From: an uncultured bacterium
Lineage (GTDB): Bacteria; AUK180
Length of the DNA stretch: 62,292 nt
Reading direction: 5' to 3'
Assembly: GCA_937863565.1 (NCBI GenBank)
Contig: CALMGJ010000013.1
Span: forward strand, 62,001 to 124,292
Positions within the stretch are counted from its first letter, which is position 1. Each line of letters opens with the position of its first letter. The position numbers and the translations under genes are program-made. Below are positions 10,079 to 19,864 of this stretch, piece by piece. The notes beneath the pieces are model-generated. The model was not told where the DNA came from and ran no database searches. It worked only from the letters and a program-made list of their open reading frames with translations.

Positions 10079-11928
10079 TTGATATTGTACAGTTTATGGT
10101 AAAGTCCCTCTTTTGAAAGAAGATCTGCGTGCTTCCCGCTTTCCGCGATCGTTCCGCCGCTCATCACATAGATGAGATCGGCATTGATGATCGTTGAAAG
10201 CCGGTGAGCGATAATGATGTTCGTTCTCCCTTTCATGAGTTCGTTCAGCGCATTCTGCACCAGTTTTTCAGATTCGGAATCAAGAGCGGAAGTCGCTTCG
10301 TCCAGTATGAGCACCTGAGGATCCTTGATCAGCGCTCTGGCTATTGCTATTCTCTGTCTCTGTCCCCCGGAGAGAGCGTATCCGCGTTCCCCTATCACTG
10401 TATCGTATCCTTCCGGAAGGGCTTCTATGAATTCCGCTGAACCGCTCACCTGGGCTGCGCGCTCCACTTCCCTGAACGAAATATCCCCGTGGCCGTACGT
10501 GATATTGTTCTTTATCGTGTCGTTAAAAAGGAAAGTATCCTGCGATACATACCCGATCAGCCGGCGCAGGTCGCCGATATTGATCTTTCTTATATCCGTG
10601 CCGTCAATCGTTATCGAACCTGCCGTAACATCGTAGAACCTCAGGATAAGATTGCCTACAGTAGACTTGCCCGCTCCCGATTCGCCGACAAAAGCATATG
10701 TCAATCCTTTACTGATCTCAAAATCGACATCTTTGAGGACTTCGTTCCCCTCATTGTAGGAAAAGGAAACCCTGTTGAAATTGATGGAAAGCCCGAGCGT
10801 TTTAAGTGGTTTCGGAGCATCGGCTTCCCGTACTTTTATCTTCTCCTCAAGAATATCCTTGATCCTCTCGATGGCGGGGATTGATTTCTTGATCGAAGCG
10901 AACGCCTCCGTCAAAGTCCTCGTCGGCTGATACAGAGAAAAAAGAGCGAAGAAATATGCGAAGAATGTCCCCGTTGACATCTCCCCTTCCGCTATCTGGA
11001 AACCGCCGGCAATGATGGCAAGAGAGATCGCGATCGAGGCAAGGAACTCGTTCGAGGGCGTCAGAAGAGCCCATGCGCGATTACCCTTCATCATGGCATT
11101 GAAGTATTCCCTGTTCACGGATTTAAATCTCTGTATCTCGTATTCTTCCATGTTGAAGGCCTTCACGATCCGGATCCCCTGAATGATCTCCTGCATGATA
11201 GAGGTCAGGTCCCCGATCTTTCTCTGAGAGGTCTTCGAAGCTTTCTTGATCTTATTCGACAGGATGCTCACGGGATAGACCAGCCCGATCACCGCGACGA
11301 TAGCGATCAGCGTCATCTTCCAGTTCAGGTAGAAAAGTATGCCCAGGGCGAAAATAAAATTGAGCGGCTCCTGTATGATCTGCGTTCCGGCATTGGAGAC
11401 CGTTTGTTGTACGAGCGTTACATCATTGGTGATCCTTGACATGATCTCGCCTGTTTTGGAGGAATCAAAATATTTCATGGAAAGGTTCTGGATATGTGTA
11501 TAGATAGAATTTCTCAGATCCAGCACGACCTTTTCGCCGATATAAAGCATCATGTATTTCCGAATATACCAGAACATACCCTTTAGAAGGTAAACGACGA
11601 TCAGGAAGACGGAGATCATCAGAAGCGAAGACAACAGGTAACGCATCGCTTTTTCATTCTCTATCGGAACGGCGGGAGAACCCGTTACGGGAACCTTGTT
11701 CTTCGAGAAGAAATCCTTTATGTTCCATTGATCCCCGTAGGATATGTCTTCACCCCGCGAAAGCGCTTGAGCCTTGGTGAAAACATTGTCTATTACGTTC
11801 TTGACGAAGAAGATCACACTCGCGTTCAGCGCGGAATAGAGCACCATGAAAAGAAGGGCCGTTAAAAACCTCTTCCTGTGCTCTATGATCTTGCCGAAGT
11901 AAAAATCCCGCACCTCTTTTCTATTCAA
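10075..11928 (-). CDS. msbA: MsbA-like ABC exporter (TMD+NBD)
   Basis: GEIMSRITND, GESGAGKS, LSGGQRQR, ILDEATSALD, IAHRLST; directly upstream of the lpxL-like gene. Confidence 0.8.
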   Translation of the reverse strand: MNRKEVRDFYFGKIIEHRKRFLTALLFMVLYSALNASVIFFVKNVIDNVFTKAQALSRGEDISYGDQWNIKDFFSKNKVPVTGSPAVPIENEKAMRYLLSSLLMISVFLIVVYLLKGMFWYIRKYMMLYIGEKVVLDLRNSIYTHIQNLSMKYFDSSKTGEIMSRITNDVTLVQQTVSNAGTQIIQEPLNFIFALGILFYLNWKMTLIAIVAVIGLVYPVSILSNKIKKASKTSQRKIGDLTSIMQEIIQGIRIVKAFNMEEYEIQRFKSVNREYFNAMMKGNRAWALLTPSNEFLASIAISLAIIAGGFQIAEGEMSTGTFFAYFFALFSLYQPTRTLTEAFASIKKSIPAIERIKDILEEKIKVREADAPKPLKTLGLSINFNRVSFSYNEGNEVLKDVDFEISKGLTYAFVGESGAGKSTVGNLILRFYDVTAGSITIDGTDIRKINIGDLRRLIGYVSQDTFLFNDTIKNNITYGHGDISFREVERAAQVSGSAEFIEALPEGYDTVIGERGYALSGGQRQRIAIARALIKDPQVLILDEATSALDSESEKLVQNALNELMKGRTNIIIAHRLSTIINADLIYVMSGGTIAESGKHADLLSKEGLYHKLYNIK

Positions 11929-13180
11929 TGCACAAGCCTGCCCTCAACCTTTGAAGCGCACCAGCGAGCAAATTCTCGTTATTGTAATGCAGAAGTGCGA
12001 TAACCTCGTTCTTCGCAACCTTATCCCCTTCTTTCTTTATGAGTTCGATACCTGCGGAATGGTCAATATGATCCTCTTTCCTGTTCCGGCCGGCGCCGAG
12101 CATAAGGGCTGAAATGCCGAACTCAAAAGCATCCATTCTTTTTATCAGTCCTCTCCGTGAAGCCTTGAATTCTTTGATATTCCGGGCCGGTTTCATGAGC
12201 CCGACATTCTCGATCACGCGCGGATCGCCGGCCTGCATCTCGATGATCTTCGCGAAACGTTCAAGATAAACTCCCGTAGAATATCTTTTCCTGATCTCTT
12301 TCAAAGCCTCTTGTTCTGTTCTAAAAATGCCCGTGATCACCAGCATCTTTGCGGCCAGAAGTTCAGTAAGGTTCCGCGAATCCTCCGGGCCGCCGCCCTT
12401 GAGTATATCGATAGATTCAACGATCTCAAGCCTGTTCCCGATCATATTCCCGAGAGGCGTATTCATATCGGAAAGCACATGAGCGGCTTTCCTTCCGGCA
12501 ATACCGGTCACTTTAGTCAGCGAGCAGGCAAGTTTTTCGGCAAGTGCTCTCGTTTTCATGAAAGCGCCCGAGCCGAATTTCACATCAAAGATGAAATGTT
12601 GCGCTCCTTCTGCAAGTTTCTTGCTCATGATGCTCGCCGTAATGAGGCCTATGCTTTCAACCGTGGCGGTGACATCGCGGAGCGCATAGAGCTTCTTGTC
12701 GGCCGGAGCTATCTTCTCCGTTTGCCCTATCATGGCCGTTCGGTTCTTTTTGAGAAGTCTCAGAAAATCCTTCTTCCCTATATTGACATTGAAACCGGGG
12801 ATGGATTCCAGTTTATCCAGTGTTCCGCCTGTATGGCCGAGGCCGCGGCCCGACATCATGGGCACGATAACGTCGAAAGAAGTGATTATGGGGACAAGAG
12901 GGATCGATATCTTATCGCCGACGCCACCCGTAGAATGCTTATCACATGTAGGAAGATCAAAGCCGGAAAGGTCATACTTCTCGCCTGAGGACACCATGGC
13001 TTCCGTTAATCCGAGTGTTTCCTCAAAATCCATTCCTTTGAAGAAAACGGCCATGAGAAGGGCGGCCAGCTGATAATCGGGGATCTCGCCGGACGTATAG
13101 CCCTTTATTGCGTAATCGATCTCGGAGCGGGTGAGTTTTCCCCCTTCCCTTTTCTTATATATGACATCGTACATTCTCAT
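11921..13180 (-). CDS. pdp: Pyrimidine-nucleoside/thymidine phosphorylase
   Basis: DKHSTGGVGDK, SGRGLGHTGGTLDKLES, SIMSKK; start at ATG 13180 (TGATG overlap). Confidence 0.93.
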   Translation of the reverse strand: MRMYDVIYKKREGGKLTRSEIDYAIKGYTSGEIPDYQLAALLMAVFFKGMDFEETLGLTEAMVSSGEKYDLSGFDLPTCDKHSTGGVGDKISIPLVPIITSFDVIVPMMSGRGLGHTGGTLDKLESIPGFNVNIGKKDFLRLLKKNRTAMIGQTEKIAPADKKLYALRDVTATVESIGLITASIMSKKLAEGAQHFIFDVKFGSGAFMKTRALAEKLACSLTKVTGIAGRKAAHVLSDMNTPLGNMIGNRLEIVESIDILKGGGPEDSRNLTELLAAKMLVITGIFRTEQEALKEIRKRYSTGVYLERFAKIIEMQAGDPRVIENVGLMKPARNIKEFKASRRGLIKRMDAFEFGISALMLGAGRNRKEDHIDHSAGIELIKKEGDKVAKNEVIALLHYNNENLLAGALQRLRAGLCIE

Positions 13181-14154
13181 CAGAAGATCACCTCTGAGGA
13201 ATCTCCGACATTCAACGATCTGGGATGCCCTTTTATCAAAGCGCGTCCTCCGATAAGAGAATTCTCCAGGTTCACGCAATATATCTCCGCATCTTTGTCA
13301 ACGATCGAGTTTTTAATGATCGAACTTTTAATGATCACATTCTCCCCTACCGAGACATACGGGCCGATGATCGAATTCTCCACCTGAGCGCTCACGGGGA
13401 TGAAGCAGGGAGGAATGATCACGCTGTTCTTTACTTCGGTTACGATATGGTTCTTGGAAAGCAGATGCTTGTTCGTCGAGATCAGTGTCTCGGGTTTACC
13501 GCAGTCGAACCATCCCTCTATCTCATGCGGGACAAGCTCTTCTCCGTTTTGGATCATATGCTCAAGTGCATCGGTCAGCTGGAACTCGTTCTTGGTGCGG
13601 ATATTGTTCTTGAAGATATGTTCGAGCGATCTTTTGAGGATATCCCACCTTTTTATATAGTATATGCCCACAAGCGCAAGGTCGGAAACGAAATCCTTCG
13701 GTTTCTCGATCAATTTCGTTATACGGCCTTCTTTTACCACGGCTACACCGAAACGGGACGGATTATCCACTTTTTTAACGGCAAGGACCGACCTTTCTTC
13801 CTTGAGGAAAGAATAATCTGTATCGAATATCGTGTCGCCGAGTACGATAAGGACCTTATCGTCAGGTTTAATATATTCGCCTGCAAGTGATACCGCATGC
13901 CCCAACCCTTGCCTTTCTTTCTGGAAGACAAAAGAGAATTTGTTCTCGGGGAATTCTGAGATGACGAATTCTTTTATTTTCTCACCAAGATAACCGAGAA
14001 TGAATATGAACTCGGAATCGGGCGTTTTGTTCAATTTCTCTATTATATACGAGATGATCGGCTTACCTGCTATATTGATAAGCACTTTCGGTATGGTATG
14101 CGTATGCGGACGCAGTCTCGAGCCTTCTCCGGCAACGGGTATTATTATCTTCAT
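13180..14154 (-). CDS. Sugar-phosphate nucleotidyltransferase (long glucose-1-P thymidylyltransferase type)
   Basis: PVAGEGSRLRPHT..PK, GLGHAV, EKP, WFDCG, C-terminal hexapeptide repeats; start at ATG 14154 after AAGGAG. Confidence 0.9.
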   Translation of the reverse strand: MKIIIPVAGEGSRLRPHTHTIPKVLINIAGKPIISYIIEKLNKTPDSEFIFILGYLGEKIKEFVISEFPENKFSFVFQKERQGLGHAVSLAGEYIKPDDKVLIVLGDTIFDTDYSFLKEERSVLAVKKVDNPSRFGVAVVKEGRITKLIEKPKDFVSDLALVGIYYIKRWDILKRSLEHIFKNNIRTKNEFQLTDALEHMIQNGEELVPHEIEGWFDCGKPETLISTNKHLLSKNHIVTEVKNSVIIPPCFIPVSAQVENSIIGPYVSVGENVIIKSSIIKNSIVDKDAEIYCVNLENSLIGGRALIKGHPRSLNVGDSSEVIF

Positions 14155-14155
14155 A

Positions 14156-14740
14156 TCAACTCCTTTTACATTCTGCATAAATGGCGGGGTCGGCAATGCC
14201 TTTTTTGTTCCTTCCCTTAACAAGGAAGATGTCGGCGCGTTTTTTCGACGGGATGCGGAAGATCATTTCTACAGGTTTGAGAGAGCATTTTTCCATCTCC
14301 TTCATACATTCGAAAAGCCTGGCGGCGGGATAAATGACGCAGAAATGACCTGCCGGTTTCAGAAGATAGTTCACCGCCCTGAAAAGGGAGGCCATATTGA
14401 ATTCATCGCTCTCCGTCCTGTCCCTTGTTCCCTCAAAGTCTTTACTTGGCCGGCCGCAACCCTTTTTGAAATAGGGAGGATTGGAGATAACGATATCAAA
14501 AGAGTGCGCTTTGAATATCTTCTTTATATCGGAGATGCTCTTTCTGTGGAATTTCAGGTTCTTCAGTCCGCTTCCGGAATGTTCCCGGAACGGATCTATT
14601 CCGTAGAAATGCGCATCGGGGTTCTTTTCGGCAAATTCCGCGAGAAGTTCTCCCCGGCCGCAGCCTATGTCAAGGCAATCGCATTCCGGGAGGATAGGGG
14701 CATGTCTGTACAGGAATAAACTGTCGTCATTTAACTTCAT
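14156..14740 (-). CDS. SAM-dependent methyltransferase, tRNA m6A37 (TrmN6/YfiC)-like, short form
   Basis: LDIGCGRG motif I, SNPPYF motif IV, LLKPAG. Confidence 0.7.
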   Translation of the reverse strand: MKLNDDSLFLYRHAPILPECDCLDIGCGRGELLAEFAEKNPDAHFYGIDPFREHSGSGLKNLKFHRKSISDIKKIFKAHSFDIVISNPPYFKKGCGRPSKDFEGTRDRTESDEFNMASLFRAVNYLLKPAGHFCVIYPAARLFECMKEMEKCSLKPVEMIFRIPSKKRADIFLVKGRNKKGIADPAIYAECKRS

Positions 14741-16079
14741 CTTTTTTCAGTTTGTATTTTTCGATCTTCTTGTACAGATTGGATCTCTGCATCCTCAGGT
14801 GGTCGGCAGTCTTCGAGATATTCCAATCCATTTTTTCAAGGGCGCCTAGGATGAATCTTTTTTCCACGAAATCCATATATTCGTTATATGTGGCCGGGAC
14901 ATCCGCCTCCGGAGGTTCCGTGACGCCGGCCGCGGTAAGTTCGGGGATGACTTCTTTCAGCGTTTCACGCGTAAGCCTTTCTTTATCCGAGATGAGCAGG
15001 ATCCTTTTCAGATAATTCTTGAGTTCCCGTATATTACCCGGGAAATCATGCGCCTTCAGCATACTCATCGCATCAGGGGAGAATTCGATAAAGCCTGCGT
15101 TCACGGATGTGCTCTGCAGATATTCTATCAGAACGGGAATATCCTCCCTGCGTTCTCTCAAAGGCGGGATCTGTATAGGCACTTCGTTCAGCCTGTAGTA
15201 AAGGTCCTCCCTGAACCTCTCCTTCTTGATCTCTTCTTCGAGCTTTTTATTCGTCGCGGCAATGAACCTCACATTGACCTCTTTTTCTTTCGAGTCGCCC
15301 ACTGCCGTGAACTTTCTGAACTGGATCGCCCGAAGCAGTTTCGCCTGCGTCTGCAGCGACATATCCCCGATCTCGTCCAGGAAAAGAGTTCCCTCGTGCG
15401 CAAGCTCTATCTTGCCTGTACGGTCGGTATCCGCACCCGTGAAAGCGCCTTTCTTATAACCGAACAGCTCGGATTCGATGAGATTATCGGGAAGGGCAGC
15501 GCAGTTCACGACAATGAATTTCCCCTTCTGGTTAGAGGCTTTGTATATCATCCTTGCAACGACTTCCTTGCCCGTACCGTTCTCGCCTGTAATGAGGATC
15601 GTGGCGTTAGACGCGGCCACGCGGCCGATCACGTTCTTGATCTTCACGATCGCAGGAGAATGTCCCACAAGTTCCATGGAAGCCTGTTCGTCAATATAGT
15701 TCTGTATCGTGCCCTGCATACTTTTTTCTTCCTTGGCATGATTGAGGATGAATTTCAGGCGCTCCCTTTCCACAGGTTTCGGCAGATAATCGATCACGCC
15801 GAGCTTGATGGCTTTAACTGCATCTGCCGGATTACTGTGCCCCGTTATTATATAGATCAGCGCCAGAGGTAAGGTCTCCTTTATCCGGGGCACGATCTCC
15901 AAGCCTTCCATGTCGGGAAGCTTGACATCGAGGAAGACGATATCGGGTTTTTCCTTTTCACATGCCTGGACCGCCTCGGCTGCCGTGCCGGCAGTTACGA
16001 CTTCATGACGCTCGTATTTGATGACGGTCTTGAACGTTTCCCTGATGGCGGGTTCATCGTCAACGATCAGAACTTTCAA
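14727..16079 (-). CDS. sigma54-dependent response regulator (REC-AAA+-Fis HTH, NtrC/NtrX-like)
   Basis: IVDDE, FLDVKLP, GENGTGKE, ESELFG, GAFTGA, FREDLYYRL, C-terminal HTH; TTG start after AAGGAGG. Confidence 0.93.
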   Translation of the reverse strand: MKVLIVDDEPAIRETFKTVIKYERHEVVTAGTAAEAVQACEKEKPDIVFLDVKLPDMEGLEIVPRIKETLPLALIYIITGHSNPADAVKAIKLGVIDYLPKPVERERLKFILNHAKEEKSMQGTIQNYIDEQASMELVGHSPAIVKIKNVIGRVAASNATILITGENGTGKEVVARMIYKASNQKGKFIVVNCAALPDNLIESELFGYKKGAFTGADTDRTGKIELAHEGTLFLDEIGDMSLQTQAKLLRAIQFRKFTAVGDSKEKEVNVRFIAATNKKLEEEIKKERFREDLYYRLNEVPIQIPPLRERREDIPVLIEYLQSTSVNAGFIEFSPDAMSMLKAHDFPGNIRELKNYLKRILLISDKERLTRETLKEVIPELTAAGVTEPPEADVPATYNEYMDFVEKRFILGALEKMDWNISKTADHLRMQRSNLYKKIEKYKLKKDEVK

Positions 16080-16851
16080 GTTTACCGACCTCCTTTTCAA
16101 GTATCAGGCGGTTACCCATGCCGGGAACAAACAGATGCTGGAAGCTGTCCATCACCTGTTCGATGATATAGATGCCAAGCCCGCCGTGATGGCCCTCTCT
16201 GATATACCCGTTGACATCCATCTTCTCAGCCTCCTTTTCAGTCGGATCGAACTGGTCGCCGTTGTCAACAAGAACGAATCTCAATTTAGGGGCTTTATAC
16301 TGCGCCTGGACGATAAGATGCTTTTCATTGCTCCCCTGATAAGCATATTTCATGATATTGGCCACGGCCTCATCGATGGAAAGAACGATAAGATTGCCTT
16401 CCTCTTCGGTCAGAGGAAGGTTATGCAGAACGGACCATATGAACTCCCTGATCGAATTGAGATTGTCCAGTTCGCCTGAAAAGGCCATCTCCATTGTGAA
16501 ATACTGCAGAGAGGATTGCCTTTTCTCTTTTAAAAAGGACCTTGCTGCGCCGAGGTCCGAAAAAACAGGGATATTCGCAGCCACATTATATTCTGTTAAT
16601 TTTTGATAGCACCCGTTGCTGCTTTCACAGATGATCGCGATATGGCCAAGGTTCTTTTTCACCCTGTTCGCAAGTACGGTGAGGTTCTGAATTATATTAG
16701 GGGAAATATCGGATATGCCGTTCAGATCCAGAACGAAGGTCTTATCGCCTTTCATTATAAGAGAATTGATGTTCTTCTCCAACTCAATGAAATTTGAATC
16801 CTGAAATTCGTCACGGACATTGAAGATGACCAGGTTCTCCTTCTGGATCAT
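16060..16851 (-). CDS. STAS domain fused to RsbW-type anti-sigma HATPase
   Basis: N-terminal FVLDLNGIS STAS-like segment; C-terminal DEAVANIMKYAY, DNGDQFDP, GGLGIYII. Confidence 0.8.
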   Translation of the reverse strand: MIQKENLVIFNVRDEFQDSNFIELEKNINSLIMKGDKTFVLDLNGISDISPNIIQNLTVLANRVKKNLGHIAIICESSNGCYQKLTEYNVAANIPVFSDLGAARSFLKEKRQSSLQYFTMEMAFSGELDNLNSIREFIWSVLHNLPLTEEEGNLIVLSIDEAVANIMKYAYQGSNEKHLIVQAQYKAPKLRFVLVDNGDQFDPTEKEAEKMDVNGYIREGHHGGLGIYIIEQVMDSFQHLFVPGMGNRLILEKEVGKLESSDR

Positions 16852-18239
16852 TTTTCCTCCTCCGCGAACAATGAAGGTTCGGGCCAGCCCTTTTTCTTCA
16901 ATTCCTCGATGAATTTTTCGGCGTCTGCGCGTTCATAAAAACGCTTCACACGGACACGGTACCAGTGTTTTCCGTTTATATCGGCTTCAATGATATATGG
17001 CGAATAACCTGCCGTTTTAAGTTTTTCGATCTCCTCTTCCGCATAGGTTTTATCAAGGAATGATCCGGAGTGAACGCAATAGATGATCTTAGGCTGGATC
17101 TCGGGAGGTTTTGTCTCCTCTGCCGGTTTCACAGTTTTCTCCTTCGGTGTTTCAGGTAAAGTTTCTTTGCCGGACTCTTTTACCGGCGCTTCCGCCTTCG
17201 GCATGGGATCAGGTGTTTTAGCGGCCCCGGGCTTCTTCAGGAAAAGGAAATATGCCGCAATGACAAGGACGGGAATTACCGCCAGTACAGCAATGGGGAA
17301 TTTTTTCTTGGACGGGATGCTTTTCTCCGCCTTTTCCTTTTTCTCTTTATGCGGTCTTTCCTTAGGAGGTTTATCTTTTTTAGGCGGTTTGACTTTCGGG
17401 GTTTTTCCCTCCTTCACGGGTTTTACCGCAGGAACTCTTTCTTTTTTCTGCTTAACCTTTTTTCCTTTTTTACCGGCCGGTTCCTTTTCTTCTTCTTCTT
17501 CTTTCTCCCCGGTCTCTTCCTTTTTTACGGGAGGAGCGGTCTCTTTCCCGGTGCTTCCGCTGCCAAATCCTGAAGGGATGAAGGACTGTTCCTCTTTCTC
17601 GTCCTTTTTGCCCAGGCTATCGTCGATCACGTCAAGGATCCCGGATGGGGATACGGCAGAGGAGGACTCTTCGCTCTCGAAAATATCTTTGATATCGGTA
17701 TTGATGGAGGGAGCAGCGTGGGCTTTGACCTTGGGATCTATGATCGTTTCGTCGCTTTCCTGAGGTTCCGGATCGGATCTCACTTTATCGCCGAACACCG
17801 CATCGAGCTTCGAGTCGATATCATCCTCCCCCGAGGACGGCGATGATTGCATTTCGGCTATTATATCCATTGCGAAGGCGGAAAGAGGAGAATTCATGAG
17901 TATCCTGGAATTCTCTTCGGGGTCTTTCATGATAAAGCGTTTCAGCTGCTGTTCATTGAGCAGGTATGCGGCATCAGTGACGACCTTGAAGATCTTTTCC
18001 ACACCTTCCTGAACGATGGTGTACGTTACTTCCTCATTGACAATGGAAAGAAGTTCAGATCTTCTGATCTCTTCCATAAGGGTGCCGAATGCGATATTGT
18101 TCTTTTTGCAGTAAGCCTTGAGCATCACTCCTTTGTTCTTTGTCTCCTTCGAGATACAGAAAGGATAGAAAGGTACCTTGCGTGTAGTATTGAAATTGTT
18201 CACCAGTTCTTCCAAAAGATGCTGCAGGGAATCGTTCAT
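16848..18239 (-). CDS. Bitopic membrane protein with C-terminal SPOR domain
   Basis: Acidic and Lys/Pro-rich linker, TM IAVLAVIPVLVIAAYFLFL, then YCVHSGSF...WYRVRV. Confidence 0.85.
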   Translation of the reverse strand: MNDSLQHLLEELVNNFNTTRKVPFYPFCISKETKNKGVMLKAYCKKNNIAFGTLMEEIRRSELLSIVNEEVTYTIVQEGVEKIFKVVTDAAYLLNEQQLKRFIMKDPEENSRILMNSPLSAFAMDIIAEMQSSPSSGEDDIDSKLDAVFGDKVRSDPEPQESDETIIDPKVKAHAAPSINTDIKDIFESEESSSAVSPSGILDVIDDSLGKKDEKEEQSFIPSGFGSGSTGKETAPPVKKEETGEKEEEEEKEPAGKKGKKVKQKKERVPAVKPVKEGKTPKVKPPKKDKPPKERPHKEKKEKAEKSIPSKKKFPIAVLAVIPVLVIAAYFLFLKKPGAAKTPDPMPKAEAPVKESGKETLPETPKEKTVKPAEETKPPEIQPKIIYCVHSGSFLDKTYAEEEIEKLKTAGYSPYIIEADINGKHWYRVRVKRFYERADAEKFIEELKKKGWPEPSLFAEEEK

Positions 18240-19864
18240 TATGTCACTCCAACTTCCAGTATTACCCGTATCTCCGGTTTCTGTATATTGCCTGCGCCTT
18301 CATCGAGAATAAAGGTGACTTCTTCATCGATCCAGCCGGAATATTTTTCCGGAAGCACTAATATGTCCTTCTTCGAACCCTTAGGTTTGATTATCCGGAA
18401 CCTGTCGTCACTAGCCGAGATAGTCATTTTCACGGGAAGGGAATTCAGTTCGGATTCATTGCGGAGCTGGACCCTGAAAGAGCATTCCTCACCCACTTTT
18501 AATTTATTGCTCTCCCTTGAGATCTTCGTGTTGAGGAACCTTCTCAATGAGGCCAGGATATTACGGATCTTCATTTCCTCTTCGAGGCCATTGAACATCT
18601 CCGTGAATTTCTTCTTGAACCTCTTTTTATCTGCCTCCATCTTATCAAGGGCTTTCCCGAAGTTCTTCCTCTCCTTTTCGGTCACTCCTATGATATCTTC
18701 TTTGATCTTGACATAGTTCGTGTAGAATCTCTTCTTGAACACATTGAGGTTCTTGAACTGGTTATTGGAGACGAAATTCCTCGTTTGGAGGTTCTCGTAC
18801 AGCTCAATGATATCAGTGCAGATATCGATGAGCCCGAGCAGTTTCCGGTCCGTTTTCTTTTCTTCGAAATCAGATTGTTTTTTCAGATAATCGGAGAGAG
18901 TTTTATTGATCTTCCAGAGCTCCAGCTCTTTCGGGATATCCTGAGCGAAAAGATCGAAGAACACGTACGAGAAAAGGAAGTCCTTAAAAGAATCGTATAT
19001 AAAAGGATTGTCGCTGATATGATTGTCCCAGTCCAAGCCGAAGATCACCGTATTGTTCAAAGACATGATCATCGATCCTTCCCCCAGGTCGAAAATATTG
19101 AGGTCGAAATACTTTGCCCTCTTTTTCACTATTTCCTGGTCCCTCAGATATATGGAGACCTCGATCGTTTCCTCTTTGAGTATCCTGTCCTCGAGTATCA
19201 CATCGTACTTGATCGTCTCTTCTTTGTAATCGGGGAAGAGTTTCACTTTGGAACTTTTCTTGATGGGGACCTCTCCGATCATTACGGCGTACGACAGTTC
19301 CGCGTCCCTGACAGGTTTGACCGGATCCACGTCTATTTCTATGATCTCCTCGTAATTCAATATCGTCTCGTAGACCTCTTCTAAAAGCCTCTGCCCTTTT
19401 TTATCCACTACCAAGGGGATCTTGAGATTTATCGGTTCTATCTCCCTGTTTATGGCATGGATCTGAAGTTTTGTGAACTCGCCCTTCTCTCCGTACACGA
19501 GTTTATCCTCCGTGATCTCAACGTCATAGTGCTGCCCGGCCGAGAAGAGATATGAGGAGATGATGCCCGCATCGTTCGTACTTTTCGATATCCATTGGAT
19601 GTATCCGATGAAATTGAATCTTGTCGAAAAGGTCTTCGGAAGCGAAACGTTCCATGCGACCTTTTGCGATGCTCCGTTGACGAGGGAGATATCCTTGGTC
19701 TCCGCATTGATCTTCAAACTTTCCTTTTTTATATTCGTTCCGATTATATGCAGGTTCACAAGATAATTCGCATCTATATCGGAAGACACGAGTCCGGAGA
19801 TCAGTATTGTCTCTCCCGGTTTCACATCGCTCTTTGAGGCCCGGAAAAACTCTATCTTAATCAT
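18239..19864 (-). CDS. Hypothetical soluble protein (possible Ig-like ends, central coiled coil)
   Basis: 541-aa ORF overlapping both neighbours; no signal peptide or TM; no recognisable motif. Confidence 0.75.
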   Translation of the reverse strand: MIKIEFFRASKSDVKPGETILISGLVSSDIDANYLVNLHIIGTNIKKESLKINAETKDISLVNGASQKVAWNVSLPKTFSTRFNFIGYIQWISKSTNDAGIISSYLFSAGQHYDVEITEDKLVYGEKGEFTKLQIHAINREIEPINLKIPLVVDKKGQRLLEEVYETILNYEEIIEIDVDPVKPVRDAELSYAVMIGEVPIKKSSKVKLFPDYKEETIKYDVILEDRILKEETIEVSIYLRDQEIVKKRAKYFDLNIFDLGEGSMIMSLNNTVIFGLDWDNHISDNPFIYDSFKDFLFSYVFFDLFAQDIPKELELWKINKTLSDYLKKQSDFEEKKTDRKLLGLIDICTDIIELYENLQTRNFVSNNQFKNLNVFKKRFYTNYVKIKEDIIGVTEKERKNFGKALDKMEADKKRFKKKFTEMFNGLEEEMKIRNILASLRRFLNTKISRESNKLKVGEECSFRVQLRNESELNSLPVKMTISASDDRFRIIKPKGSKKDILVLPEKYSGWIDEEVTFILDEGAGNIQKPEIRVILEVGVT

